Origin: Anaerolineae bacterium
GTDB taxonomy: Bacteria > Chloroflexota > Anaerolineae > DTPP01
Direction: 5' to 3'
Assembly (NCBI GenBank): GCA_049969295.1
Contig: JBMFPD010000001.1
Span: 332 to 64,331, forward strand
DNA length: 64,000 bases
Part shown: one piece after another, positions 31,603 to 40,342 of the stretch
Layout of the letters: the number at the start of each line of letters is the position of its first letter
Position numbering within the stretch: the first letter of the stretch is position 1
Position numbers and translations under genes: made by a program
Notes under the pieces: model-generated
Database searches by the model: none
Seen by the model: only the letters and a program-made list of their open reading frames with translations
Told to the model about the DNA's origin: nothing

Positions 31603-33265
31603 ACAAGCCCGAGGCGCGCCGTGGGGCGGGAGCCCCGTGGCGCAGGGGCACGCGCAGGGTGACCTGGGTGCCGCGGTCCGGGCCGCTGGTCGCGGACTCA
31701 ATGGTCAGGGTGCCGTCAATCAGGGCGCTCCGCTCCTTCATGTTGAGGAGGCCGAAGGAGCGCCGCTTGTCGTAGTCCTTTTCCACGGCCGCGACGTTGA
31801 ACCCCACGCCGTCGTCCCGCACCGTGACCACCAGTTCCTCGCCCTGGGCCTCCAGGCGCAGCCAGACGTGCTGGGCCTTGGCGTGCCGCTTGATGTTGTT
31901 CACCGCCTCCTGGATGATGGAGAAGACGGTCCCTTCCACCTGTAGGGGCAGCCGCTCGTGGAAGTTGACCACCTCTAAAGAGACCTCAAACTCCTCGCTC
32001 CCCTGCAACTGCTCCACATAGGACTGCAGCGCGGCGACCAGGCCCTGGGTCTCCAGGATGACCGGGCGCAGTTCAAAGAGGAGGAGCCGGGTTTCCTTGG
32101 TGGCCTGGCGCACCAGGCGGCGCAGGGCGTCCAGTTCGGCGTAGACGGCATCGGGTTTCACCTCCAGGAGCCGCTCCACGTGGTCCAGGCCCATGCCGAT
32201 GGCCGCCAGCAACTGCACCGTGCCGTCGTGGAGGTTGCGGGCCAGTTCGCGCCGCACGTCTTCCTGGGCCTTGATGATCTTGTCCCGCTCCTCCCGCAGG
32301 GATTGGTAGAGGCGGGCGTTGTCAATGGCGATGGCGGCCTGGGCGGCAATGCTCTGGAGCATGCTCAGGTCTTCCGTGTCAAACCCGGACGCATCCAGTT
32401 TGTTGAGCACTTCCAGCACGCCGATGGTGCGGCCCCGGATCTCCAGAGGCACAGCGGCGATGGAGCGGGTGGTGAAGCCGGATTGCTTGTCCACCCGGTC
32501 CAGGAAACGGGGGTCCTTCTGCACGTCGTTGACGATGACTGGCTGGCCGTGGGTGGCCACCCAGCCGGCGATCCCCTCGTTCAGGCCGATGCGGAGTTTG
32601 CGCACTTCGGCGCTCTTCTCGCCGATGGCGTACTCAAAGACCAGTTCGTTGGTCTCGGTATCAATGAGCATGAGGGAGGCAGCCGCGGCGTTGACGATGG
32701 TGGTGGCCACCTCCGTGGTTTCGTCCAGGAGTTGCCCCAGGTCAAAGGTGGAGACCATGCTCTGGCCCACCTGGAGGAAGAGTTCCATCTGGGTGAGGCG
32801 GTGCTCCGTCATCTGCACACGCCAGAGGAGCGCGGCCCACTCCCCCAGGAAGGTCAGAAGGGCGCGCAGGTCTGCCTCCCGGTCCTCGGGGAACCCCACG
32901 TTGGGGGGGACCTGCACCGAGAGGGAGCCCATCAACGCGCCGTTGCCCAGGATGGGCGCGCTGAGGAGCAGGGGCAGCCCCTCGCCCAGAGGGTGGCGGG
33001 CGATGGCCAGGCGCGGCACGGGAGCCTGCCTCCCGCGGGCGCTCTCCAGGCGGGCCTGGACACCCCTTTCCCAGCGGTCCACCTGCTCCGCCGCCTTGGG
33101 GTGGAAGGTGCCGAACTGGACGCGGAGGGGAGGTGTCCCCACGAAGAGCAGGGAACCAGCAGGGGCATCGGCCACGCGACAGGCGGTGCGGAGGGAGGCC
33201 TCCAGGAACGAAGGCAGGTCCTTGCTCTCGGTCAGGTGCAGAAGCGTCTCCACCGACAGGCTCAT
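31601..33265 (-). CDS. Sensor histidine kinase with tandem GAF domains, a HisKA_3 H-box and a HATPase_c domain
   Basis: H-box ...ARNLHDGTVQLLAAIGMGLD...; C-terminal kinase signature region ...IQEAVNNIKRHAKAQ...DDGVGF... Confidence 0.8.
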   Translation of the reverse strand: MSLSVETLLHLTESKDLPSFLEASLRTACRVADAPAGSLLFVGTPPLRVQFGTFHPKAAEQVDRWERGVQARLESARGRQAPVPRLAIARHPLGEGLPLLLSAPILGNGALMGSLSVQVPPNVGFPEDREADLRALLTFLGEWAALLWRVQMTEHRLTQMELFLQVGQSMVSTFDLGQLLDETTEVATTIVNAAAASLMLIDTETNELVFEYAIGEKSAEVRKLRIGLNEGIAGWVATHGQPVIVNDVQKDPRFLDRVDKQSGFTTRSIAAVPLEIRGRTIGVLEVLNKLDASGFDTEDLSMLQSIAAQAAIAIDNARLYQSLREERDKIIKAQEDVRRELARNLHDGTVQLLAAIGMGLDHVERLLEVKPDAVYAELDALRRLVRQATKETRLLLFELRPVILETQGLVAALQSYVEQLQGSEEFEVSLEVVNFHERLPLQVEGTVFSIIQEAVNNIKRHAKAQHVWLRLEAQGEELVVTVRDDGVGFNVAAVEKDYDKRRSFGLLNMKERSALIDGTLTIESATSGPDRGTQVTLRVPLRHGAPAPRRASGL

Positions 33266-33283
33266 GGGCAGTTCAACTTGGGT

Positions 33284-33949
33284 TCACAAGGTGATATCCA
33301 GAAGCCCCTCGCCGATCTTGCGCAGCGTCTCCGCGGACAGCTGGCTCAGGAGCATGGCCACCCGGATGTAAAGCACGTTGGAGGGCTGCGCGATGAACGC
33401 CCGGACGTCCTCCGGCATCTGGGCCAGGCTGGAGAGGGGGGCCTCCCCCTGCTCCTCCTGGGGGAGGAGGTCCGGGTCCACGAAATGAGAGAGGGAAAGG
33501 CCGATGGCCTCGGCCAGGCGTTCCAGGTCCGGGAGGGGGAGGTCCTCCTCGCCGAACTCCACGGCAGCCAGGCGCTCTGGGGGGTAGCCGACGACCTCCG
33601 CGCACTCCCTGAGGGTCTTCCCCCGGGCGAGCCTGGCCTGGCGCAAGAGGACGCCGATCATCTTGCGGCGGATGGCCAGGTACTCCCGGACGTCGGCGGG
33701 GATGGAGGCTTGGGGGACGGGCTTGTCGTCCAGGAGGCTGGCGATGGGCACGCCGTAGATGCGGCTCAGGAGCTCCAACTGGGGCAGGGAGGGGGAGGCG
33801 TCGCCCCGCTCGCAGCGGGCGAGGAGGGAAGGGGAAAGGCCAGCGCGTGCGGCGGCTTCCTTGTGGGAGAGGTTGGCGGCCAGCCGGGCCCTCCGCAGGA
33901 GCCGGCCCAGGAGTTCACGGCGGGTTGGCGGAACACACGGCTCAGTCAT
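33284..33949 (-). CDS. Transcriptional regulator with two tandem XRE-type helix-turn-helix domains
   Basis: Two HTH_XRE-like segments (LRRARLAANLSHKEAAARAGLSPSLLARCERG and LRQARLARGKTLRECAEVVGY...). Lies 18 nt upstream of the kinase. Confidence 0.7.
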   Translation of the reverse strand: MTEPCVPPTRRELLGRLLRRARLAANLSHKEAAARAGLSPSLLARCERGDASPSLPQLELLSRIYGVPIASLLDDKPVPQASIPADVREYLAIRRKMIGVLLRQARLARGKTLRECAEVVGYPPERLAAVEFGEEDLPLPDLERLAEAIGLSLSHFVDPDLLPQEEQGEAPLSSLAQMPEDVRAFIAQPSNVLYIRVAMLLSQLSAETLRKIGEGLLDITL

Positions 33950-34152
33950 GGCGGCCCTCCCTCTGCGCCTCCCAGCCTTCGGAACAATCGTGCATTGTCA
34001 TTCTATCTGCTTTTATACGCCGTGTCAAGCAAGGGGGTTGTTGGTTGCGGTTGCACCTTGTGTTGGTGAGTCGGGGACACGGGAAGACCGACCTCTCCCA
34101 TCCCCCCATCCCCTTCCCTCCGCATCGGGGAGGGAAGGGGGTGCCGCAACTG

Positions 34153-34200
34153 CTCTTCCCGGCGCAGGGGGCACGCCAGAAGGCGTGCTCTACGGTCCTG
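34153..34200 (+). repeat. Conserved intergenic element, copy 3 (core only)
   Basis: CTCTTCCCGGCGCAGGGGGCACGCCAGAAGGCGTGCTCTACGGTCCTG. Confidence 0.65.
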
Positions 34201-34233
34201 CGGTCCGAGGGTGGCTTGCCCGCGCTCCGCAAT

Positions 34234-34262
34234 TTGACATTCTGCGGGAATGATGCTATCCT
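34234..34262 (+). promoter_or_regulatory. Sigma-70-like promoter of the aromatic operon (-35 TTGACA, 17-nt spacer, -10 TATCCT)
   Basis: Read directly from the sequence; lies 34 nt downstream of element copy 3. Confidence 0.5.
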
Positions 34263-34293
34263 TGGGGCGAAACCGCCCTGGAGCGAGGACCGG

Positions 34294-34458
34294 ATGTCCC
34301 GTACGATCGGAGTTGAGGTGCATACAGCAGGTCCTGTTCCGGCAGGCTGCTCCGGCCGGCAGGGCGGTGATGCGCGCCGCGCGGTGCTGCAGGGCTACTA
34401 CTATTATTTTGCCTTCCTCCCCTCCTGCCCGGGCTCCGCGCAGCGTGCAGGGCCGTAG
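34294..34458 (+). CDS. Putative attenuator leader peptide (54 aa), MSRTIGVEVHTAGPVPAGCSGRQGGDARRAVLQGYYYYFAFLPSCPGSAQRAGP, with a Tyr-Tyr-Tyr-Tyr-Phe-Ala-Phe run
   Basis: ATG preceded by GAGG. The run uses the codons tac tac tat tat ttt, which are rare in this GC-rich genome. The ORF lies between the promoter and the terminator hairpin. Confidence 0.6.
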   Translation: MSRTIGVEVHTAGPVPAGCSGRQGGDARRAVLQGYYYYFAFLPSCPGSAQRAGP

Positions 34459-34494
34459 GCCCGCCCAGCGTACAGCGGTTAGCAGACTCAGGAA

Positions 34495-34530
34495 GCGTGG
34501 AGCCCAAAGGGGCCCCACGCTTCTTCTTTT
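34495..34530 (+). terminator. Attenuator terminator hairpin (GCGTGGAGCCC...GGGGCCCCACGC followed by TTCTTCTTTT) directly upstream of the aroH RBS
   Basis: GC stem plus U-tract. Its 5' arm is complementary (10 Watson-Crick pairs plus one G-U) to GGGCTCCGCGC at 34431..34441, which would act as an antiterminator. Confidence 0.6.
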
Positions 34531-34545
34531 GTGTGGAGGTCCACT

Positions 34546-34935
34546 ATGGCATGTCGGGGTGTGCGCGGCGCCACCACTGTGGAAGCGGACGAGCGAGAGG
34601 CCATCCTCGCCGCCACCGGGGAACTCCTGCAGGCCATGGCTCAGGCCAACGGCATCCAGCCGGAGGACCTGGCGGCGGTCCTCTTCACCTGCACGCCGGA
34701 CCTGACGGCGGCCTTCCCCGCCGAAGCAGCGCGGGGCCTGGGCTGGACCCACGTCCCCCTTTTGGACGCGCAGGAGGTCCCCGTGCCCAGGTCTCTCCCG
34801 CGCTGCATCCGCATCCTCATGCTCTGGAACACCGAGCGCCCCCAGCAGGAAATCCGCCACGTCTACCTGCGCGGGGCCCGGTCTTTGCGCCCCGACCTGG
34901 CCCAACACCCGGACAAGACGCCCCCAGGGCGTTGA
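34546..34935 (+). CDS. aroH: Chorismate mutase, AroH class
   Basis: [15 protein letters not shown]... matches B. subtilis-type AroH. The RBS is GGAGG. Confidence 0.85.
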   Translation: MACRGVRGATTVEADEREAILAATGELLQAMAQANGIQPEDLAAVLFTCTPDLTAAFPAEAARGLGWTHVPLLDAQEVPVPRSLPRCIRILMLWNTERPQQEIRHVYLRGARSLRPDLAQHPDKTPPGR

Positions 34936-34957
34936 ATTCTGAAAGAAGGAGGAAGAG

Positions 34958-35977
34958 ATGATCATCGTCATGAAGCGAGGAGCCACCCCAGAGGAACTCC
35001 AGGCCGTCGTCCGCCAGGTGGAGGAACTGGGCTTCCGCACCCACGTCTCCCAGGGGGAGGAGCGCACCATCGTCGGCCTTATCGGCGATGAACGCCCCCT
35101 GATGGAGAACCTCCACCGCTTTGAACTGATGGAAGGTGTGGAGCGGGTCCTGCCCATCCTCCGCCCCTACAAACTGGCCTCGCGGGAGTTCCACCCTGAG
35201 GACACCCAGATCCAGGTGAACGGCCAGACCATCGGAGGCCGCCGCGTGGTGGTCATCGCCGGGCCCTGTGCCGTGGAAAGCCGGGAACAGATCCTGGAGG
35301 CGGCCTGGGCGGTGCGGGAGGCCGGTGCGTCCTTCCTGCGGGGCGGGGCCTTCAAGCCCCGCACCTCCCCCTACTCCTTCCAGGGGCTGGGCGAGGAGGG
35401 CCTGGAACTCCTGGCCGAGGCGCGGGAAGCGACGGGCCTGGGCATTGTCACCGAGGTGATGGCACCGGAGCAAGTCCCATTGGTGGCGCGCTACGCGGAT
35501 ATCCTCCAGGTGGGCACCCGCAACATGCAGAACTACAGCCTTCTCCACGCCGTGGGCGAGGCGAAGAAGCCCGTCCTCCTCAAGCGCGGCTGGATGTCCA
35601 CCCTGGAGGAGTGGCTGATGGCCGCCGAGTACATCCTCTCTCACAGCAACCATCAGGTCATCCTCTGCGAACGGGGCATCCGCACTTTTGAGACCTACAC
35701 CCGCAACACCCTGGACATCAACGCCGTCCCTGCCCTGAAGCAACTGACCCACCTGCCGGTCATGGTGGACCCTAGCCACGGGACCGGCCGCTGGGAACTG
35801 GTGACCCCCGTGGCCCGCGCCGCGGTGGCGGCCGGGGCCGATGGCCTCCTGGTGGAGGTCCACCCGCACCCGGAGGCGGCCTTCTCCGATGGGGCCCAGT
35901 CCCTCAAGCCCTGTCGCTTCAAGGCCCTGATGGAGGAAGTACGGCGGGTGGCCGAGGCTGTGGGGCGGGAGGTCTAG
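34958..35977 (+). CDS. aroF: 3-deoxy-7-phosphoheptulonate (DAHP) synthase, type I-beta, with an N-terminal regulatory domain
   Basis: KDO8P/DAHP synthase family core (..[18 protein letters not shown]..) preceded by an ~70-aa N-terminal extension. Confidence 0.85.
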   Translation: MIIVMKRGATPEELQAVVRQVEELGFRTHVSQGEERTIVGLIGDERPLMENLHRFELMEGVERVLPILRPYKLASREFHPEDTQIQVNGQTIGGRRVVVIAGPCAVESREQILEAAWAVREAGASFLRGGAFKPRTSPYSFQGLGEEGLELLAEAREATGLGIVTEVMAPEQVPLVARYADILQVGTRNMQNYSLLHAVGEAKKPVLLKRGWMSTLEEWLMAAEYILSHSNHQVILCERGIRTFETYTRNTLDINAVPALKQLTHLPVMVDPSHGTGRWELVTPVARAAVAAGADGLLVEVHPHPEAAFSDGAQSLKPCRFKALMEEVRRVAEAVGREV

Positions 35978-35990
35978 GAGGAAGGGCTCC

Positions 35991-36854
35991 ATGTCGCTTT
36001 CCTCTGCAAGGGTCGCCGTGGTGGGCCTGGGCCTTATGGGGGGCTCCCTGGCCGCCGCCCTCACACGGCGCAGGGCCTGCGCCGAGGTGGTGGGCGTCGC
36101 CCGCCGCCCCGAGACCTGCCAGCAGGCGGAAGCCGAAGGCTTCGTCCACCGGGCCACCACCGACCTCCAGACCGGGGTCGCCGGGGCCGACCTGGTGGTC
36201 CTGGCCACGCCGGTGCGGACCATCCTGCGCCTGCTGCCGCGGCTGGGCACGCTCCTCGCGCCTGGGACCGTGGTCCTGGACCTGGGGAGCACCAAAGCCG
36301 CCATCTACAGGGCGATGGAGGACCTGCCGGCCGGCCTCCAGCCGGTCGGCGGCCACCCTATGTGCGGAAAGGAAGTCCACGGCCTGGAGGCGGCGACGCC
36401 GGACCTGTACGAGGGTGCTTCCTTCGTCCTCACCCCGCTCCCGCGCACCAGCGCCGAAGCCCTGGCCCTGGCGCGCGGCCTGGCGCGGGCCGTGGGGGCG
36501 TGGCCCCTGGAGATGTGCCCCGACCGGCACGACCGACTGGTGGCCGCCGTGAGCCACCTCCCGTACATCCTGGCGGTGGTCCTCACCCGGCTGGTGGCCC
36601 GCGCCGGCCAGGAGGATGCCGAGGTGTGGGACCTGGCGGCCTCTGGCTTCCGCGATACGTCCCGCCTGGCCGCAAGCGACGTCACCATGATGCTGGACAT
36701 CCTCCTCACCAACCAGGCCCCCCTCCGCGCGCTCCTGGGGAGCGCGGTGGCGGAACTGGAGCGGATCGCTGCCCTTCTGGAGCAAGGGGACGAGGAGCGG
36801 TTGCGCGAGGTGCTGGCCGCGGCCCAGGCGGCCCGGAAGGAGTGGAAAGGATGA
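35991..36854 (+). CDS. tyrA: Prephenate/arogenate dehydrogenase
   Basis: Rossmann motif VAVVGLGLMGGSLA and a PDH domain. Confidence 0.85.
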   Translation: MSLSSARVAVVGLGLMGGSLAAALTRRRACAEVVGVARRPETCQQAEAEGFVHRATTDLQTGVAGADLVVLATPVRTILRLLPRLGTLLAPGTVVLDLGSTKAAIYRAMEDLPAGLQPVGGHPMCGKEVHGLEAATPDLYEGASFVLTPLPRTSAEALALARGLARAVGAWPLEMCPDRHDRLVAAVSHLPYILAVVLTRLVARAGQEDAEVWDLAASGFRDTSRLAASDVTMMLDILLTNQAPLRALLGSAVAELERIAALLEQGDEERLREVLAAAQAARKEWKG

Positions 36855-38158
36855 CTGCGCCGTTGCACATCCATCAGGCCGAGAGGGGATTGCGGGGTGC
36901 GGCCCGCGTCCCGGCCGACAAGTCCATCACCCACCGCGGCCTCCTCCTGGGGGCCGTGGCCACGGGGGAGAGCCGCCTGGCCAACCCCTCCCCTGCCGGC
37001 GACTGCGCCGCGACGCTGGCTTGCCTCCAGGCCTTGGGGGTGCGGGTGGAGCAAACGCCTGGCGAGTGGCGCATCCGGGGCGTGGGGCTGCGGGGCCTCC
37101 AGGAGCCGGCGGATGCCCTGGACTGCTGCCGCTCCGGGACCACCATGCGCCTCCTGGCCGGGCTCCTAGCCGGCCAGGAGGGGCTCTTCGTCCTGCGGGG
37201 CGACCCCCAACTGCACCGCCGCCCCATGGGGCGCATCGTGGAGCCCCTGCGGGCCATGGGCGCGCAGGTCACGGGCCGGGCCGGTGGAAGATTTCCACCC
37301 CTGGTCGTCCAGGGAGGCCCCCTGCAGGGGACGGCCCACCACCTCGCCGTGGCCAGCGCCCAGGTCAAGTCCTGCCTCCTCCTGGCAGGCCTCCTGGCCG
37401 AGGGGACGACGACCGTGCACTCGCCGGCCCCCAGCCGGGATCACACCGAGCGCCTCCTCCGGGCCGCGGGCGTGCCCCTTTGCGAGGACGGGGCGACGGT
37501 GGCCGTGGAAGGCCCCGTGGAGGCCCTCGCCCCCCTGGACCTCGCCGTGCCCGGCGACTTCTCCTCGGCGGCTTTCCTCCTGGTGGCGGCCTGCCTCGTG
37601 CCGGGGAGCGAGGTCGTCCTCCAAGGGGTGGGCCTGAACCCCACCCGCACCGGGCTCCTCCACGTCCTGCACCAGATGGGGGCCTCGGTGGAGGTGCGGA
37701 TGGACGAAGCCTCCAACGCGGGCGAACCTGCCGGCGACCTCCTCGTGCGGTGGAGCCCCCTGCGCGGGGCTGAAGTGGGCGGCGAGACCATCCCGGCCCT
37801 CATAGACGAGGTCCCCATCCTGGCTGTGGCCGCCACCCAGGCCGAGGGGGTGACGGTGGTCCGGGACGCGGAGGACCTCCGCCACAAGGAAAGCGACCGC
37901 ATCGCCGCCACGGTCCAGGAACTGCGGAAACTCGGGGCCCGTATAGAGGAGCGGCCCGATGGCTTCGTCGTGGAGGGGCCGGCGCACCTGCGTGGGGCGC
38001 GGGTGGACAGCCACGGCGACCACCGCCTGGCCCTGGCCCTGGCCGTGGCCGGCCTGGTGGCCGAAGGCGAGACGGTGGTGGAGGGGTTTGACCGCGCCGC
38101 GGACTCTTTCCCCGGCTTCCCGGAGGTGCTGGCTGGTCTGCTGGGGAAAGCGAGGTAA
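36851..38158 (+). CDS. aroA: 3-phosphoshikimate 1-carboxyvinyltransferase (EPSP synthase)
   Basis: MTAPLHIHQAE...KSITHRGLLLGA...; the start overlaps the tyrA stop in ATGA. The track ORF has a spurious 5' extension. Confidence 0.9.
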   Translation: MTAPLHIHQAERGLRGAARVPADKSITHRGLLLGAVATGESRLANPSPAGDCAATLACLQALGVRVEQTPGEWRIRGVGLRGLQEPADALDCCRSGTTMRLLAGLLAGQEGLFVLRGDPQLHRRPMGRIVEPLRAMGAQVTGRAGGRFPPLVVQGGPLQGTAHHLAVASAQVKSCLLLAGLLAEGTTTVHSPAPSRDHTERLLRAAGVPLCEDGATVAVEGPVEALAPLDLAVPGDFSSAAFLLVAACLVPGSEVVLQGVGLNPTRTGLLHVLHQMGASVEVRMDEASNAGEPAGDLLVRWSPLRGAEVGGETIPALIDEVPILAVAATQAEGVTVVRDAEDLRHKESDRIAATVQELRKLGARIEERPDGFVVEGPAHLRGARVDSHGDHRLALALAVAGLVAEGETVVEGFDRAADSFPGFPEVLAGLLGKAR

Positions 38159-38162
38159 TGCT

Positions 38163-39026
38163 ATGGAGATCAAAGGCACCACCCAGGTGGTGGGCCTCCT
38201 GGGGTGGCCCGTGGCCCACAGCGTCTCGCCCCAGATGCACAACGCAGCCTTCGCCGCCCTGGGGCTGGACTGGTGCTACATCCCCCTGCCCGTGCCCCCG
38301 GACGCGCTCGGGGATGCGGTGCGGGGCCTGCGGGCCCTGGGCCTGCGGGGAGCCAACGTCACCGTGCCCCACAAGGAGGCCGTGATCCCCTTCCTGGATG
38401 GCCTGGGTCCCGAGGCCCGGGCGGTCGGGGCGACGAACACGCTGGTGGTGCGGGAGGATAGCCGCCTGGAGGGGCATAACACCGACGTGGAGGGCGTGCG
38501 GGCCGCCCTGGAGGAGGCTGGCTGCCCGATCCCGGGGATCCGCGCCCTGGTCCTGGGGGCAGGCGGGGCGGCCCGGGCCGCGGCCTACGCCCTGCTCCAG
38601 GGCGGCGCGGAGGTGCAGGTTCTGGCCCGCCGGCCGGCCCAGGCCGAGGCCCTGGCGCGGGACATGGAACGGGTGCTCCCCGGAAGCCGCATCGTCCCGG
38701 GGCCCCTTGCGCCGGAGAATCTGGTCCGGGCGGCCGGGGAGGTGGACCTCCTCGTCCAGAGCACACCGGTCGGCATGTGGCCCCACGGCGACGGCTCCCT
38801 CTGGCCAGAGGAGGAACCCATCCCCCCGCACCTGTGGGTCTTTGACCTGGTCTACCGGCCGAGGGAGACGCGCCTCCTCCGCCAGGCCAGGGCAGGCGGG
38901 GCGCGGACCATTGAGGGGGCCCGGATGCTCATCCATCAGGCGGCGGCCAGTTTCCGGCTTTGGACTGGGGCCGAACCGCCCCTGGACGTGATGGCCAGAG
39001 CGTGCTGGGCCGCCCTGGGGACGTAG
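38163..39026 (+). CDS. aroE: Shikimate dehydrogenase
   Basis: MEIKGTTQVVGLLGWPVAHSVSPQMHNAAF... Confidence 0.88.
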   Translation: MEIKGTTQVVGLLGWPVAHSVSPQMHNAAFAALGLDWCYIPLPVPPDALGDAVRGLRALGLRGANVTVPHKEAVIPFLDGLGPEARAVGATNTLVVREDSRLEGHNTDVEGVRAALEEAGCPIPGIRALVLGAGGAARAAAYALLQGGAEVQVLARRPAQAEALARDMERVLPGSRIVPGPLAPENLVRAAGEVDLLVQSTPVGMWPHGDGSLWPEEEPIPPHLWVFDLVYRPRETRLLRQARAGGARTIEGARMLIHQAAASFRLWTGAEPPLDVMARACWAALGT

Positions 39027-39093
39027 GAAGACCTCATCCCGGCCCCCTTCCCCTTCTCCGGTTCGGAGAGAGGAAGGGGGCTGGTGCTTGACC

Positions 39094-39208
39094 CCAGAGG
39101 ATTCTGATCATATCTGATCATACGGACTCCTGAGCACCCCTCCCCCAGCCCCCGCATGCGGGGAGGGGGCCCAGGGGGTGGGGTTGGGGGGCGCACAGCC
39201 GTGCGTCC
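39094..39208. repeat. GC-rich hairpin repeat, family copy A (GAGGATTCTGA...CTGAGCACCCCTCCCCC...GGGGAGGGGG...GCGCACAGCCGTGCG)
   Basis: Nested poly-C/poly-G inverted repeats plus a GCGCACGGCCGTGCGC-type palindrome. Paralogous copies lie at 43898 and 58296. A separate hairpin CCCTTCCCCTTCTCC/GGAGAGAGGAAGGGGG lies at 39043..39080. Confidence 0.7.
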
Positions 39209-39226
39209 TATTTGCAGGAGGCGACC

Positions 39227-40342
39227 ATGTTGCGCATGTTGACGGCAGGCGAATCCCACGGACCCTGCCTGGTGGCCATCGTGGACGGCCTCCCGGCGGG
39301 CATCCCTCTGGACGAAGAGGCCCTCAACCGGGACCTGGCCCGCCGGCAGGTGGGCTATGGCCGCGGGGGGCGCATGCAGATAGAGCGCGACCGGGCGGAG
39401 ATCCTCTCCGGCGTGGCCGGCGGCCGGACCACTGGCGCGCCCCTGGCTCTCCAGATCCGCAACCGGGACTGGGAGAACTGGCGCGGCCGGGAGGTCCCCC
39501 CCTGGACCGTGCCCAGGCCCGGCCACGTGGACTGGGCCGGGGCCCGCAAGTACGGCCTGGAGGACCTGCGCTGGGTGGCGGAACGGGCCAGCGCCCGGGA
39601 GACGGCGGCGCGGGTGGCCGCGGGCGCGGTGGCCCGGGCACTCCTTTCCGCCGTGGGTCTCGTCGTCGGGAGTTACGTGGAAGCCATCGGCCCGGTGCGG
39701 GCAGACCTCCCGCCGGGGGACTGGCTGGAACGGGCCCAGGCCGCGGAGGCTTCCGACGTGCGCTGCCCGGACCCCGAGGCCGCCGGGAGGATGCGCCAGG
39801 CCATTGACGAGGCCCGGGCCGCGGGCGAGAGCCTGGGGGGTCTCTTCGTGGTCTTCGCCGTGGGGGTGCCAGTGGGCCTGGGCTCCTACATCCAGTGGGA
39901 CCGCCGCCTGGACGCCCGCCTGGCCCACGCTCTCATGAGCATCCCGGCCATCAAAGGGGTGGAGATCGGCGACGCCTTCGCCAATGCGGCACGGCCGGGG
40001 ACGGAGGTCCACGATGCCTTCGTCCGGGATGCCGGTGGCCGGTGGCGCCGGGCCACGAACCGCGCCGGCGGCCTGGAAGGGGGCGTGAGCAACGGGGAGC
40101 CCATCTGGGCGCGGGCGGCCATGAAGCCCATCCCCACCACGGGTAGGCCCCTGCCCAGTTACGACGTGCGCACAGGGGAGCCAGCTCCTGCGCCCTACCA
40201 CCGCGCCGATGTCTGCGCCGTGCCCGCCGCCAGCGTGGTGGGCGAGGCCATGTGCTGCTGGGTCCTGGCCGACGCCCTCCTGGAACGGTACGGTGGCGAT
40301 ACGTTGGCGCGCATCCAGGAGGGGGTGGAACGTGATCGCTGA
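39227..40342 (+). CDS. aroC: Chorismate synthase
   Basis: MLRMLTAGESHGP... with the RBS AGGAGG; the track ORF was trimmed by 5 codons. Confidence 0.9.
   Translation: MLRMLTAGESHGPCLVAIVDGLPAGIPLDEEALNRDLARRQVGYGRGGRMQIERDRAEILSGVAGGRTTGAPLALQIRNRDWENWRGREVPPWTVPRPGHVDWAGARKYGLEDLRWVAERASARETAARVAAGAVARALLSAVGLVVGSYVEAIGPVRADLPPGDWLERAQAAEASDVRCPDPEAAGRMRQAIDEARAAGESLGGLFVVFAVGVPVGLGSYIQWDRRLDARLAHALMSIPAIKGVEIGDAFANAARPGTEVHDAFVRDAGGRWRRATNRAGGLEGGVSNGEPIWARAAMKPIPTTGRPLPSYDVRTGEPAPAPYHRADVCAVPAASVVGEAMCCWVLADALLERYGGDTLARIQEGVERDR

Noticed and set aside
33847-34458. The 203-aa track ORF spanning the XRE gene's antisense strand and the aro leader.
   Set aside because: Only its last 54 codons, from the ATG at 34294 with an RBS downstream of the promoter, are plausible. 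They are called as the leader peptide. The rest is antisense to a real gene and upstream of the promoter.
39094-39208. Whether the GC-rich repeats are a CRISPR array.
   Set aside because: Copies are palindromic, of unequal length, tens of kb apart, and not regularly interspaced with unique spacers.
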